Below are positions 35,954 to 44,764 of a DNA stretch of 49,936 nt, piece by piece; positions within the stretch are counted from its first letter, which is position 1; every line of letters starts with the position of its first letter. The DNA is from a virus (taxonomy: Duplodnaviria; Heunggongvirae; Uroviricota; Caudoviricetes). A program made the translations under genes and the position numbers. The stretch lies in the IMG/VR virus record IMGVR_UViG_3300046804_001058, positions 64,001 to 113,936 of that record. One strand, given 5' to 3'. The notes beneath the pieces were generated by a model. It did no database searches. It was not told the origin of the DNA and saw only the letters and a list, made by a program, of their open reading frames with translations.

Positions 35954-37018
35954 TTATTTGTTTAGGAAATACGTTTTATTTAATACAGACCTATAATCAT
36001 CTTCAGTCATATCTCTCTGTCTTGGTAGTTCTTTAAACATACCAATTTGACCTAGGAAACCTAAGCCTATTCTTACATCATCCTCACCGTAACTATTCTT
36101 AATTAGTCTCAGTGATCTGAAATACTTTGCACCATAATCATCTACTAGTCTGTTTAAATCATAACCAGATGGATCTGCCACTTTATATCTCATAGGGTCA
36201 AACAATGCTAATACAACATCAGCATCATCCTGAGTAGAACTTGATTCTTTAAAATCCTCTAGTCTTGGTTCAACGTCACCATTCTTCAATCTCATTTGAT
36301 TTGAAATGTCACGGTTAAACTGACTAACCACTACAGGACTATATCCATACATGTCACGAGCATATCTCAGCTCATCAGACATCTTATCAATAGCTTGCTT
36401 TTTAGTTGGTTGGTCTTTGGTAACTTTCAATAGACCAATATGATCAATAACAACAATAGTTATTTCATTCTCATTATTAGGAATGTATTTCTTATTGTAT
36501 TGATCCATTTGTTCTATTGTACCATTAGCCAAAGCATGAGTCTTTAAATCTTTAGCAATACCTACAGCATTCTCTGGTCCATCTATGATAGTCATCACTT
36601 CATTCATCTCTCCCATGTAGTCTTCATACATCAGAAACAAATCATGTTCATCATGAGTCATCTTGTCTGTCCAACCTAATAGTTTATTAACAGGAATGAT
36701 TACACCTTGATCAAGAAATATCTTACGACTCACCCACTTAGCAAACTTATATGTTCTGCTACGCTCCATGGATCTATAGATAATCTTTAACTTAATGTTG
36801 GTTTTATTCTCCTTGCTTATATACCAATCAAATGGATTAAGGACATATGCATCATCAATGAATGATGTTTTACCAGAACCAGTTAGTCCGCCCACTAATG
36901 TATACATAGACTTTCTAATGCCTATATATCTGTTCAATCTGTTAAAGCCCATAGGAATACCATTATTCCTACCGTCTAAACCTTCTTGAACTGCTTTCTT
37001 TAAATCTTCAAAACTCAT
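35954..37018 (-). CDS. dnaB: DnaB-like (SF4) replicative helicase
   Basis: GGLTGSGKTS, SMER, VIDHIGL, VVSQFNR, PRLEDFKESS..QDDADVV, IKNSYG. Confidence 0.88.
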   Translation of the reverse strand: MSFEDLKKAVQEGLDGRNNGIPMGFNRLNRYIGIRKSMYTLVGGLTGSGKTSFIDDAYVLNPFDWYISKENKTNIKLKIIYRSMERSRTYKFAKWVSRKIFLDQGVIIPVNKLLGWTDKMTHDEHDLFLMYEDYMGEMNEVMTIIDGPENAVGIAKDLKTHALANGTIEQMDQYNKKYIPNNENEITIVVIDHIGLLKVTKDQPTKKQAIDKMSDELRYARDMYGYSPVVVSQFNRDISNQMRLKNGDVEPRLEDFKESSSTQDDADVVLALFDPMRYKVADPSGYDLNRLVDDYGAKYFRSLRLIKNSYGEDDVRIGLGFLGQIGMFKELPRQRDMTEDDYRSVLNKTYFLNK

Positions 37019-37027
37019 AATTTTTGT

Positions 37028-37879
37028 TTAAAATATGTAACGTATATTTGATACATCAAAGAATTCTGAATACAACTCTTTGAACTGTTCTACCATATTT
37101 CTTTTCAATTGCCATTTATAGCGTATATTATCTGCAGCATAGCTTGAATCTTTTGCTTCCTGTATATCTGGCTTCCACAACAACTCTTGTACAGCATCAC
37201 TGTTACGTGCATGCTGATGAACATTGTGTGTTAAGAATATACATTCACATTTAACATCAATACCTGCGTCCTTCACCTCTTGAAATAGCTTTCTATACTC
37301 ATCTAACCATCCCTCTTCATATATAATAGGGCTATAGTTTATATGCACTTCCATATAATTCTGCAGATTTGGTATAGATTGTATGCGATCTGATATAGAG
37401 TCTGTGTTAGGTTCTAATATATCAGAATACTTCTGAGGCATCAAACTCACTCTAATCCTATTCTTGTCTTTGTTCAGAGTGTATCTCTCTGGTCTAAACA
37501 TTGTAGGATACTTAGTGGCAAAGGTGCTTTTGGCTTTTGGATGAGTATTAAAGAAATCAAATACCACTTGCCAATTGTAATGCTTGGACATCAATGGTAC
37601 ATCTGTACTACAGCCTATATCAAGCGTGTAGTATTTATCATCACATTGATTAGGAATCTTTACATCTGGTTGTTTAACTAGCCATAGTTCCATAGATTGT
37701 ATTATGTCATCTGTGTTCTCATTTAGATACACTTTATCATTATTGTATCTACCTACATAACAATAAGAAGACATACATCCACCTAAGCAACCATATACAA
37801 AGTTTGGAGTGACAGCATCTGAACTTCTACCATTATCTCTTGTAACAAGAGTTTTGGTTCTTTGTCTGATAATTTTCAT
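37028..37879 (-). CDS. Spore photoproduct lyase-like radical SAM protein
   Basis: GCLGGCMSSYCY, YLNEN, DIGCSTD, FATKY, RIRVSLMP, ISDRIQSI, INYSPII. Confidence 0.75.
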   Translation of the reverse strand: MKIIRQRTKTLVTRDNGRSSDAVTPNFVYGCLGGCMSSYCYVGRYNNDKVYLNENTDDIIQSMELWLVKQPDVKIPNQCDDKYYTLDIGCSTDVPLMSKHYNWQVVFDFFNTHPKAKSTFATKYPTMFRPERYTLNKDKNRIRVSLMPQKYSDILEPNTDSISDRIQSIPNLQNYMEVHINYSPIIYEEGWLDEYRKLFQEVKDAGIDVKCECIFLTHNVHQHARNSDAVQELLWKPDIQEAKDSSYAADNIRYKWQLKRNMVEQFKELYSEFFDVSNIRYIF

Positions 37880-38502
37880 ATATCTGTGCCTCCTCTTACT
37901 ACTGGTTCTTCAACCACCGTTTTACCTTCTCTAATCAATTCAATGAAGGGTTCAAATGTTCTTTGATTTAGATACGTGAGACTATTCTGCATAAATGTCA
38001 ACCTATTGGTCTTTGTCTTTACAGAATTCTCTTTCTTTTGAAGCACTTCGTATTCTAAAGCTGCTATCATTTCTTTGATAGTGTATTCACCTTCAGATAG
38101 AATGTTGTAAAGCTTGACCTTACAGTCATCTTTCTTTACACGCATGCTTCTAGTACCTGTGAAAGATTGTCCTTTGTGTGTGAATGTGTCAGTACCTGGA
38201 TAAGCTTTCCACCACTCATCAAAATCATTAGCGTTCTTTTTCTGCTTAACTAATTTAGTTTCTGGTGTACCATCTTCATCTAGAAATCCTAATACAGATT
38301 TACCAATGACAGTGAGCTTGAAAGATTCTGATAATAGCCCCTTTCTTCTCACTGTCTGGCAAAGCATTTGTAGTTTTGGATCTGAGCACATACTTTCCAC
38401 ATCAACACCTTCTTCCACAAGTTTAAGGAAATAAATCATATCTAGCGTATAGCCAGCTTTAATAATCTCCTCAAAATGGTAATGTGTTACTGTGATATTC
38501 AT
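37876..38502 (-). CDS. Putative replication initiator/helicase-loader-like protein
   Basis: FDEWWKAYP...FMQNSLTYLNQRTFE pattern; position upstream of the helicase. Confidence 0.45.
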   Translation of the reverse strand: MNITVTHYHFEEIIKAGYTLDMIYFLKLVEEGVDVESMCSDPKLQMLCQTVRRKGLLSESFKLTVIGKSVLGFLDEDGTPETKLVKQKKNANDFDEWWKAYPGTDTFTHKGQSFTGTRSMRVKKDDCKVKLYNILSEGEYTIKEMIAALEYEVLQKKENSVKTKTNRLTFMQNSLTYLNQRTFEPFIELIREGKTVVEEPVVRGGTDI

Positions 38503-38680
38503 GTTGTTTGTCTAATATATTGTCTTTGTCAACAACTGTTATTTTAGCAGGTTTTCTGTTAATTTCCTGTTGGATTTCTTCAGCAATTATCTGCTTTTCC
38601 TCATGCAAATATATGAAATCTTTGAGTGCTTCACGCTCCCAATCCTCATTTATTTTCAAACTTTGGTCTTTCATTTTCAT
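38471..38680 (-). CDS. Hypothetical protein
   Basis: ORF track. Confidence 0.55.
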   Translation of the reverse strand: MKMKDQSLKINEDWEREALKDFIYLHEEKQIIAEEIQQEINRKPAKITVVDKDNILDKQHEYHSNTLPF

Positions 38681-38879
38681 AGTCTTTATTGTTCCAAAAG
38701 AAAGGACATGCTGTGGTCACAACACCAAAACTGTTAAAATGCTCACTAAACATAAAGTCCATTTTATATGGAGGATCTTGAAAATATGATTGACCTAATG
38801 GCTCAGCTGTTGCTGTATATCTGTGGCAGTTCAGTCTTAATGGACAAGAACCACCTTTGCACATTGAAATATCTGGCAT
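38646..38879 (-). CDS. Cys-rich hypothetical protein
   Basis: MPDISMCKGGSCPLRLNCHRY...CPFFW. Confidence 0.65.
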   Translation of the reverse strand: MPDISMCKGGSCPLRLNCHRYTATAEPLGQSYFQDPPYKMDFMFSEHFNSFGVVTTACPFFWNNKDYENERPKFENK

Positions 38880-38880
38880 G

Positions 38881-39147
38881 TTATTTATGGGTTTTGATTA
38901 ATGATTCTAATTGACTTTTTGGCATTACACCAACGTTTCTAAATACTTCCTTACTATCCTTAATCATTATAACTGTAGGAATACTCCTAACTGCATGATC
39001 CTTAGATAATTCTTGATTATCATCAACGTTAATCTGTTGTACATCAATATCATCAAACTTTTCAACTGTCTCGTTGAATGCTGGTTTAAACATTTTACAT
39101 GGTCCACACCATGGTGCACTAAAGTACAACACCTGTAATTTGCTCAT
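38881..39147 (-). CDS. Thioredoxin
   Basis: FSAPWCGPCK, VRSIPT. Confidence 0.9.
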   Translation of the reverse strand: MSKLQVLYFSAPWCGPCKMFKPAFNETVEKFDDIDVQQINVDDNQELSKDHAVRSIPTVIMIKDSKEVFRNVGVMPKSQLESLIKTHK

Positions 39148-39358
39148 CTGTTCTATTTTTATGGTTTATATATAATCGTAATGTCTTTCCTGTGTCTTCA
39201 ACCATTGCATACACTTTACATCTGCCGTCCCAGTTATAGTATTTAACAACTCCGTTCTCTATAACTTCAACTTGTGTAACTAGTGTAGTATTTAATATAT
39301 TTTTGCTTGGTAACTTGTTACTTCTTATATCTTTTGTTGTTACTTTTCTTCCTTGCAT
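39119..39358 (-). CDS. Hypothetical protein
   Basis: ORF track; start moved to MQGRK. Confidence 0.6.
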   Translation of the reverse strand: MQGRKVTTKDIRSNKLPSKNILNTTLVTQVEVIENGVVKYYNWDGRCKVYAMVEDTGKTLRLYINHKNRTDEQITGVVL

Positions 39359-39360
39359 AA

Positions 39361-39924
39361 TTATTCTGCTGCATAACCAAAGAAAATCCACTCACCGTTT
39401 CTTTCTGTTGGTGCTTTTTTATATGTGATTCTAGCTACTGTTCTATTGCCTTTTTCAAGCCCTTTCTCCATGCATATGTTTGTAGGAGTTTGATGCTTTT
39501 CTGTATATTCTCTAGCTTTCTTGACAGCTTCACCTTTAGTAGAACAAGATGCAATCATCTGATCATTGTAACCATTGTACACTACATAATAAAGTACCCA
39601 TTTCTTGGTACCTGGTGTAACAATGTGCTCCACTTGAGACTTGGTCTTGTTCTTATTACCTATAGGTGGTACAACACATATAGCTGAACAATCACGTTTG
39701 CCCATGCTATGACTATCAAATCTATCATATATGTAAGAAGACACATCTTTGAACTTACTTTTCTTATATGCTTCTGTTTCATCTCTGAATCCAGTAGTAG
39801 TACTAATGGTACCATTGTAACCATCTTGATGACCATATTCTTCTTCAGCTTCTTCACAAGCTCTTTTGTATGCTTCTGCTGCTGTTCTGCCAGTGCTTCT
39901 TACTTTAAATTGTGTTGCTCCCAT
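39361..39924 (-). CDS. Hypothetical protein
   Basis: ORF track; EEYGHQDGYNGTISTT. Confidence 0.75.
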   Translation of the reverse strand: MGATQFKVRSTGRTAAEAYKRACEEAEEEYGHQDGYNGTISTTTGFRDETEAYKKSKFKDVSSYIYDRFDSHSMGKRDCSAICVVPPIGNKNKTKSQVEHIVTPGTKKWVLYYVVYNGYNDQMIASCSTKGEAVKKAREYTEKHQTPTNICMEKGLEKGNRTVARITYKKAPTERNGEWIFFGYAAE

Positions 39925-39936
39925 AATTAATTGTTT

Positions 39937-40122
39937 TTATCTGCCATTCCAAGCAGGTGTTGAAAATGAAATCCCTCCCTCTGTTCTATGATTGTTATTG
40001 ATTTGATCATCAGATGGTTCATCATCTGTCTCATCTTCCCAATCGCAATGGTCCATACAGTCTGGACAAATGTCTATCTCAGGCATACGAGAGTATGCCC
40101 CACAACATGTTGAATAAGCCAT
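39937..40122 (-). CDS. Small Cys-rich (Zn-finger-like) protein
   Basis: MAYSTCCGAY...ICPDCMDHC; start moved. Confidence 0.65.
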   Translation of the reverse strand: MAYSTCCGAYSRMPEIDICPDCMDHCDWEDETDDEPSDDQINNNHRTEGGISFSTPAWNGR

Positions 40123-40124
40123 AA

Positions 40125-40301
40125 TTATTTGTTTAAAATTTGATCTAATTGTTGTTGTGCGTCCCATCTAGAATAATATGGACCGCTGTGTTTCTTCTTT
40201 TTAGGAACCATGGTGAATATCCACCAGTTAATCATTCTTTTACCAAGATGTGATCTTTGTCCCACTTGAACAGGTCTTATTATATATTTTTGTTCAGACA
40301 T
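40125..40301 (-). CDS. Hypothetical protein (58 aa)
   Basis: Manual translation MSEQKYIIRP...QILNK; fills the gap exactly. Confidence 0.6.
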   Translation of the reverse strand: MSEQKYIIRPVQVGQRSHLGKRMINWWIFTMVPKKKKHSGPYYSRWDAQQQLDQILNK

Positions 40302-40303
40302 GC

Positions 40304-40558
40304 TTAACCTTTTATGCGTAATCCAAATTGTAAATCAAACCAGCCAAAGGTAGCTTCTGCTCTTGCTTTGTTGCATTTAAATACCTTTTTAATTAAAGGA
40401 ATAGCATAAGCTTTGAATTCTTCATGCTGTTCCTCTGTCATAGTCCATTTACTATACCATTCTTTTGTCATATGAGCCTCTTGTATAGACTTACCAATCA
40501 TATATAATTGGTAGTCTACCAAGTGGTCAGCTATGTTTTCTCTATTAATCTTTGCCAT
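40304..40558 (-). CDS. Hypothetical protein
   Basis: ORF track; coupled to PolB. Confidence 0.7.
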   Translation of the reverse strand: MAKINRENIADHLVDYQLYMIGKSIQEAHMTKEWYSKWTMTEEQHEEFKAYAIPLIKKVFKCNKARAEATFGWFDLQFGLRIKG

Positions 40559-42510
40559 TAGAATAAACTCATTTGATTAGGATTAACAATAATTTTACGT
40601 TTCTTACCTTCAAACTGTATCTTACTAACTATGCGTTCAGCACGCTCTATATAATAAGCGTGGTTAATGTTATCTAGAGGATGATCTGGTGTTAGATGAT
40701 TACATACATGCATCACCCATTCACCTGCTTCCACTTGAGATACGTCAGCAGCATTAGAAGTACATTCAGGATTCTTTACTTTTAGTAATTTCTCACCTGT
40801 TTTGGATACATAATAACGAATAAGCTTATTGTACACTGTTCTCTTAGTACCAGCTACACCTTCATAATGAAAGTCTTTACTAGCCTTCTGTCTTAGACAG
40901 AAATCATAAATGTTTTTATGATTGCGTATAGTTTCATCAATAGGTATACCTTCTGTATAAAATCTATCAAGAGCAATAGGAACAATACGAGCAGACTTAT
41001 TTTTATGCAGCTCAAAATCCGTGAGAAAATCACCTTTCTTTTTAATTTCTCCATCTGTTTTAATTGCTAAATAGTCATTAACTGTGCTGAAGATAATCTT
41101 AGAATAGTCAGTGCGTTCTAGTTCATACTGTGTGATGTCCATCCACCATTTGTTAATCTCATGCATCTTATCTACATGCGTAAGCTTTACAGAGATAGTT
41201 ACACCGTCTGTATTTGCAGATATAACATGTATACTAGCTAGTTCATAAGCTTCAATAAGCATAAGCAAGCTAAGCTCGCCAGTGATAGTAGTAAACATAG
41301 TAAGTTGTCTATCATAGATCCATGACTGCATATCACTAGATTTACCGTACACACTATTAACAGCAAGCTTGAGAGCACCAACAATACCTTTAATCTTTTT
41401 ATCTTTCTTAGCCAGAGGCTTAAGTTCCAATCTTTTCTCAAACATCTGCTTGTAGCCCTTAAGAAACTCACGGCCCAAATGCTGAGGGTAACGATTGTTG
41501 TTAATAATAATAGCAGGATAATAAGAGGAGACATCCCAATCCACAATAAGAGTTTCTTCATCAGCTTCAAATATTTTAGGTTTGTTTTCTGTATGTAAAC
41601 CACCCTTGGCAAACGTATATACATTATCATAGAATTCTAATGACTCTTTAAAATCATCAGTGAGTGTAAATACTTGCTTTTGTACATGTTTTAAGAACTG
41701 TTGCAGCTCTGGTGTCTGGAATGCTACATAATCAGCTATACAATTCTTGGCCTTCACTTCCTTACGAAAATATCCTTTCTTTGGTAGATCACCATATTGT
41801 ATACCTTTCTCTTGACAATAATATTTCTTAATCATCTCGTCACCAATCTTACTATCAGAATAGTTAAGACATGGTATACCAAACTCTTCTTCAATATCTT
41901 GTCTGAGCTCTATTTGATTATTGCCCTTGTACAATGGATGATCTGTATCACCTGTTGTTACTTTGTAGAACTCATAGGTTGCATATATATCATTACGACA
42001 ATACTCAATAGTCAGCTGAATTTCTTCATCTGTCATGTTTGTCTTGGTGTGATGTATAGGCATCTCTTCTATGTTCTCTAGGTCCATCTCAAACTCTAGT
42101 CTCTTCAGGCTCACTCTACGATTCTTGTTATCATAGTGGTTCACTCTGAATAAATCTATCTGTTTGTTGTGTAACCATTCCTCTCTATATTCAGGGAATA
42201 CATCATAGTTAGCATCATGTATAACATCTGCAGCTTTCTGAGCTATTAATGCAGTTACTTCTAATGCACCTAATTCATGCCAATCTTGATGAGTGCGTAT
42301 GATCCACTCAACTACTTGACTGTCAAAGCGTAGATTGTTATAACCTACCCAATAGAAGTCTTTGTAATCTTCTGTAAACCTAACAAATGCATCAATCTGG
42401 TTTGTATTCTTACTCACCTGGAATTCATGCCATTGCTGTGTCTCAGGATTATATATACAAACTAGAAACAGCTCCTGCATGGTTTCTATGTCATAGATGA
42501 GTATATTCAT
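40558..42510 (-). CDS. Family B DNA polymerase with 3'-5' exonuclease domain
   Basis: YDIET (ExoI), GYNNLRFD (ExoII), YCRND (ExoIII), DWDVSSYYP, KLAVNSVYGK, SANTDG. Confidence 0.92.
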   Translation of the reverse strand: MNILIYDIETMQELFLVCIYNPETQQWHEFQVSKNTNQIDAFVRFTEDYKDFYWVGYNNLRFDSQVVEWIIRTHQDWHELGALEVTALIAQKAADVIHDANYDVFPEYREEWLHNKQIDLFRVNHYDNKNRRVSLKRLEFEMDLENIEEMPIHHTKTNMTDEEIQLTIEYCRNDIYATYEFYKVTTGDTDHPLYKGNNQIELRQDIEEEFGIPCLNYSDSKIGDEMIKKYYCQEKGIQYGDLPKKGYFRKEVKAKNCIADYVAFQTPELQQFLKHVQKQVFTLTDDFKESLEFYDNVYTFAKGGLHTENKPKIFEADEETLIVDWDVSSYYPAIIINNNRYPQHLGREFLKGYKQMFEKRLELKPLAKKDKKIKGIVGALKLAVNSVYGKSSDMQSWIYDRQLTMFTTITGELSLLMLIEAYELASIHVISANTDGVTISVKLTHVDKMHEINKWWMDITQYELERTDYSKIIFSTVNDYLAIKTDGEIKKKGDFLTDFELHKNKSARIVPIALDRFYTEGIPIDETIRNHKNIYDFCLRQKASKDFHYEGVAGTKRTVYNKLIRYYVSKTGEKLLKVKNPECTSNAADVSQVEAGEWVMHVCNHLTPDHPLDNINHAYYIERAERIVSKIQFEGKKRKIIVNPNQMSLF

Positions 42511-42512
42511 AA

Positions 42513-42674
42513 TTAGTTTCGTTTATTTCGTTTAGCTTCATAAATTGGTCTTGCTTCATCTAATTGCCTTATGAACTGTTTGTTCTCAAACTTTTCATTG
42601 TCCCATAGTGAAGACACTGCAAATTTACGTGCCCAATCGTTAAATTGTACCTGTTTTTCTATTTTTGTTGCCAT
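42513..42674 (-). CDS. Hypothetical protein (53 aa)
   Basis: Manual translation MATKIEKQVQFNDWARK... Confidence 0.6.
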   Translation of the reverse strand: MATKIEKQVQFNDWARKFAVSSLWDNEKFENKQFIRQLDEARPIYEAKRNKRN

Positions 42675-42904
42675 TATTCTGTTTCGTTAGTGTATATACT
42701 ATCAAATTTTACTGCAGATAAACTATCTTGTTCTGATAATAGCTCAAGAGTCATTTCATATCTACTAAGGTTTATATTAGTAATATATAGTTCTTGCTGT
42801 AGTGAATCTATTACCTGTTGCTGTTCACCTAGCTGTTTGTTGTCACCCACAGCAATGTAAAACATTATCAGTATACATATTGCCACAATTATTAATTGTC
42901 TCAT
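42674..42904 (-). CDS. Single-TM coiled-coil protein
   Basis: ORF track. Confidence 0.65.
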   Translation of the reverse strand: MRQLIIVAICILIMFYIAVGDNKQLGEQQQVIDSLQQELYITNINLSRYEMTLELLSEQDSLSAVKFDSIYTNETE

Positions 42905-43119
42905 ATGTGTATTGTTTTAGCTACAGTTTTCCACTCTTCCCAATAGTCCCATCCATCATTACATGAAGAGTACACTTGCTCAGCAACATATAATTCTAAC
43001 CATATCCAATGATCAGTCATTGTTAACTTGCTAAGAACACGTGTTGGAAGGAATGCAAATCTAGTTTTGAATCTAACATCACCAAGGTTTGGTCTATTAT
43101 TTGTTATTTCCCATTTCAT
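42901..43119 (-). CDS. Hypothetical protein (cassette 4)
   Basis: ORF track; start lies inside the 20-nt repeat. Confidence 0.7.
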   Translation of the reverse strand: MKWEITNNRPNLGDVRFKTRFAFLPTRVLSKLTMTDHWIWLELYVAEQVYSSCNDGWDYWEEWKTVAKTIHI

Positions 43120-43132
43120 AGGTTATTTGTTT

Positions 43133-43288
43133 TTAATCAATAAAATTTAATTCTACTATATCAAAAGTATCTTCACTGTCTAATTGTTCAATATACTTTT
43201 CAGCATCCATTTTGTTTTTAAAGACATAAGAATTATTAAAATAATATCCTTCATTTATACTGCAAGATACTACTACATAACATTTCAT
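43133..43288 (-). CDS. Hypothetical protein (51 aa, cassette 3)
   Basis: Manual translation MKCYVVVSCS...VELNFID. Confidence 0.6.
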   Translation of the reverse strand: MKCYVVVSCSINEGYYFNNSYVFKNKMDAEKYIEQLDSEDTFDIVELNFID

Positions 43289-43291
43289 AGG

Positions 43292-43504
43292 TTATTTGTT
43301 TTGGTTAATTAAATCTTGGTATTTATGTGATTCTTCAATACCAATTTTTGTAGCTTCTTCCCAACCTTTTGCATACCATTCTTGTATCTGCTCTTTTTCT
43401 TTTTCAATATAAACCTCTTTAATAACATCAATCAAATGTGGTAAAGGCTCGTTTGTTGTATTAAGTTCTAATAACTCAATTAGTTCTTGCATTGCTGTTT
43501 TCAT
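43292..43504 (-). CDS. MKTAMQEL-type small protein (cassette 2)
   Basis: ORF track; EKEKEQI motif, ends NQNK. Confidence 0.75.
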   Translation of the reverse strand: MKTAMQELIELLELNTTNEPLPHLIDVIKEVYIEKEKEQIQEWYAKGWEEATKIGIEESHKYQDLINQNK

Positions 43505-43507
43505 AGG

Positions 43508-43747
43508 TTATTTGTTTTGGTTATAATTCATATTGTAATATAAATCTCCGCTTGTTAGCTTTTTATTTACTTCCATAACTTCATCCATATCACAAGCCTC
43601 ATATCCATCTTCATAAGCATTTATTATCTGCTCTTTTTCTTTTTCAAGTGCTTTAATAAACATTCCTTCCCTTTCAAGTCTTTCAAATATTGATATAACC
43701 ATATTATTTGACAAATCTTCTATCAATTCTTGCATTGCTGTTTTCAT
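43508..43747 (-). CDS. MKTAMQEL-type small protein (cassette 1)
   Basis: ORF track; EKEKEQI motif, ends NQNK. Confidence 0.75.
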   Translation of the reverse strand: MKTAMQELIEDLSNNMVISIFERLEREGMFIKALEKEKEQIINAYEDGYEACDMDEVMEVNKKLTSGDLYYNMNYNQNK

Positions 43748-43802
43748 AGGTTATTTGTTTTTGTACAAAATTACTTAAATACAATAATGTATCATTAAGT
43801 AT

Positions 43803-44381
43803 TTATACTGAGTTTTTTAATGTTGGTGTTAATTTATATCCCAATATATCTAATAGCTTCTCAATAGTAGCATAAGAAGGATTGCCTTTTCCTAGCTCAA
43901 TATCAGTTAATGTTCTTGATGTAATACCAGCCATCTCTGATAAATCTTGCTGTGTTAAGCCTCTTGTCTTTCTTATATGTTTGATAAAGCCATTAATAGT
44001 GCGTAGTTCATTAATAGTGTCAAGCACTTTATTTAATGTTGCATCTAATTCTTTCTGAGCTTCAGCAACTTGTTGTTCAAGTTTTTCTATCGCTGCACCT
44101 CTATAGAATATAGAATTCATTAGCTTACATCCTCTAGCTGTATAATATTGTATCCAGAAGTGCTCTTTTATCTGCAAATCTTCTTCTAAACACTCTTCAA
44201 GTACATCTATTAAAGGACAAAAACCTTGCTCTCTTAACTCAGCTACCCAATGATTCACTGATTCATTATGTGAATACGTTAAATGAGCTTTGGCTCTTTC
44301 TAATCCTGAACTACTTTTACCTATATATTTGTAGTCATCTGTTTTGGGACATCTAAGTCCATATATTAAATATTGATTCAT
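43803..44381 (-). CDS. GIY-YIG nuclease-coiled coil-XRE/Cro HTH fusion
   Basis: YLIYGL...YKYIGKS...RAKAH...KEHFWI...LMN; RKTRGLTQQDLSEMAGITSRTLTDIELGKGNPS; start moved to MNQY. Confidence 0.8.
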   Translation of the reverse strand: MNQYLIYGLRCPKTDDYKYIGKSSSGLERAKAHLTYSHNESVNHWVAELREQGFCPLIDVLEECLEEDLQIKEHFWIQYYTARGCKLMNSIFYRGAAIEKLEQQVAEAQKELDATLNKVLDTINELRTINGFIKHIRKTRGLTQQDLSEMAGITSRTLTDIELGKGNPSYATIEKLLDILGYKLTPTLKNSV

Positions 44382-44385
44382 GCTA

Positions 44386-44417
44386 CAAATATATGAAATA
44401 TATTTCACACTACCAAA
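44386..44417 (-). promoter_or_regulatory. Promoter with a 14-bp palindromic operator in its spacer
   Basis: TTTG(44417-44414)-N20-TATATTTG(44393-44386); TGAAATATATTTCA at 44394-44407. Confidence 0.7.
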
Positions 44418-44425
44418 TCTAATAT

Positions 44426-44737
44426 TTATTTCTTAGGCTTAGATGCTGTTTTCTTAGGCACTATATTGCTCTTTTTAGAAATAGATTTCTCTTTTTGAGA
44501 AAATTTTACTCTTTCCCAATTAGAATCTTTTTCTTTTCTTTCAATAACTGTTAATAATGCAGCACTCATTAGATCAAAAAACTTATCATCATCTTGCATT
44601 ACTGTAGCCAATGCTGCACCAATTGCTGCGTTTCTAGGTGTATTATCATGCATTATGATTTCTATGTTTTCACCTTGGATTGCCATAAAGAAATAGCCAC
44701 TTAAATCTTTAAGTGCTGGAAGTTTACTTTTTGCCAT
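44426..44737 (-). CDS. Hypothetical protein with basic tail
   Basis: ORF track. Confidence 0.7.
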   Translation of the reverse strand: MAKSKLPALKDLSGYFFMAIQGENIEIIMHDNTPRNAAIGAALATVMQDDDKFFDLMSAALLTVIERKEKDSNWERVKFSQKEKSISKKSNIVPKKTASKPKK

Positions 44738-44764
44738 GTTTGTGTTTGTTTAATTGTTTAAAAT

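Larger units (their letters stand above)
43114..43761. repeat. Four direct repeats TTTCATAGGTTATTTGTTTT at 43114, 43283, 43499 and 43742
   Basis: Identical 20-mers read directly; on the minus strand AAAACAAATAACCTATGAAA contains each gene's start codon. Confidence 0.9.

Noticed and set aside
19263-42510. Inteins or group I introns in RecA, NrdJ, DnaB and PolB
   Set aside because: Lengths are compact, motifs are contiguous, and no C...HN-C/S/T splice signatures were seen.
17426-42510. DNA base-substitution pathway (dZ, hmU, dU)
   Set aside because: No PurZ, dCMP deaminase or thymidylate-synthase-like genes were recognised, and an intact dUTPase argues for normal T. It cannot be excluded outside the window.
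43114-43761. CRISPR array
   Set aside because: Spacers are 149-223 nt, unequal and protein-coding; the repeat contains start codons; no cas genes are present.
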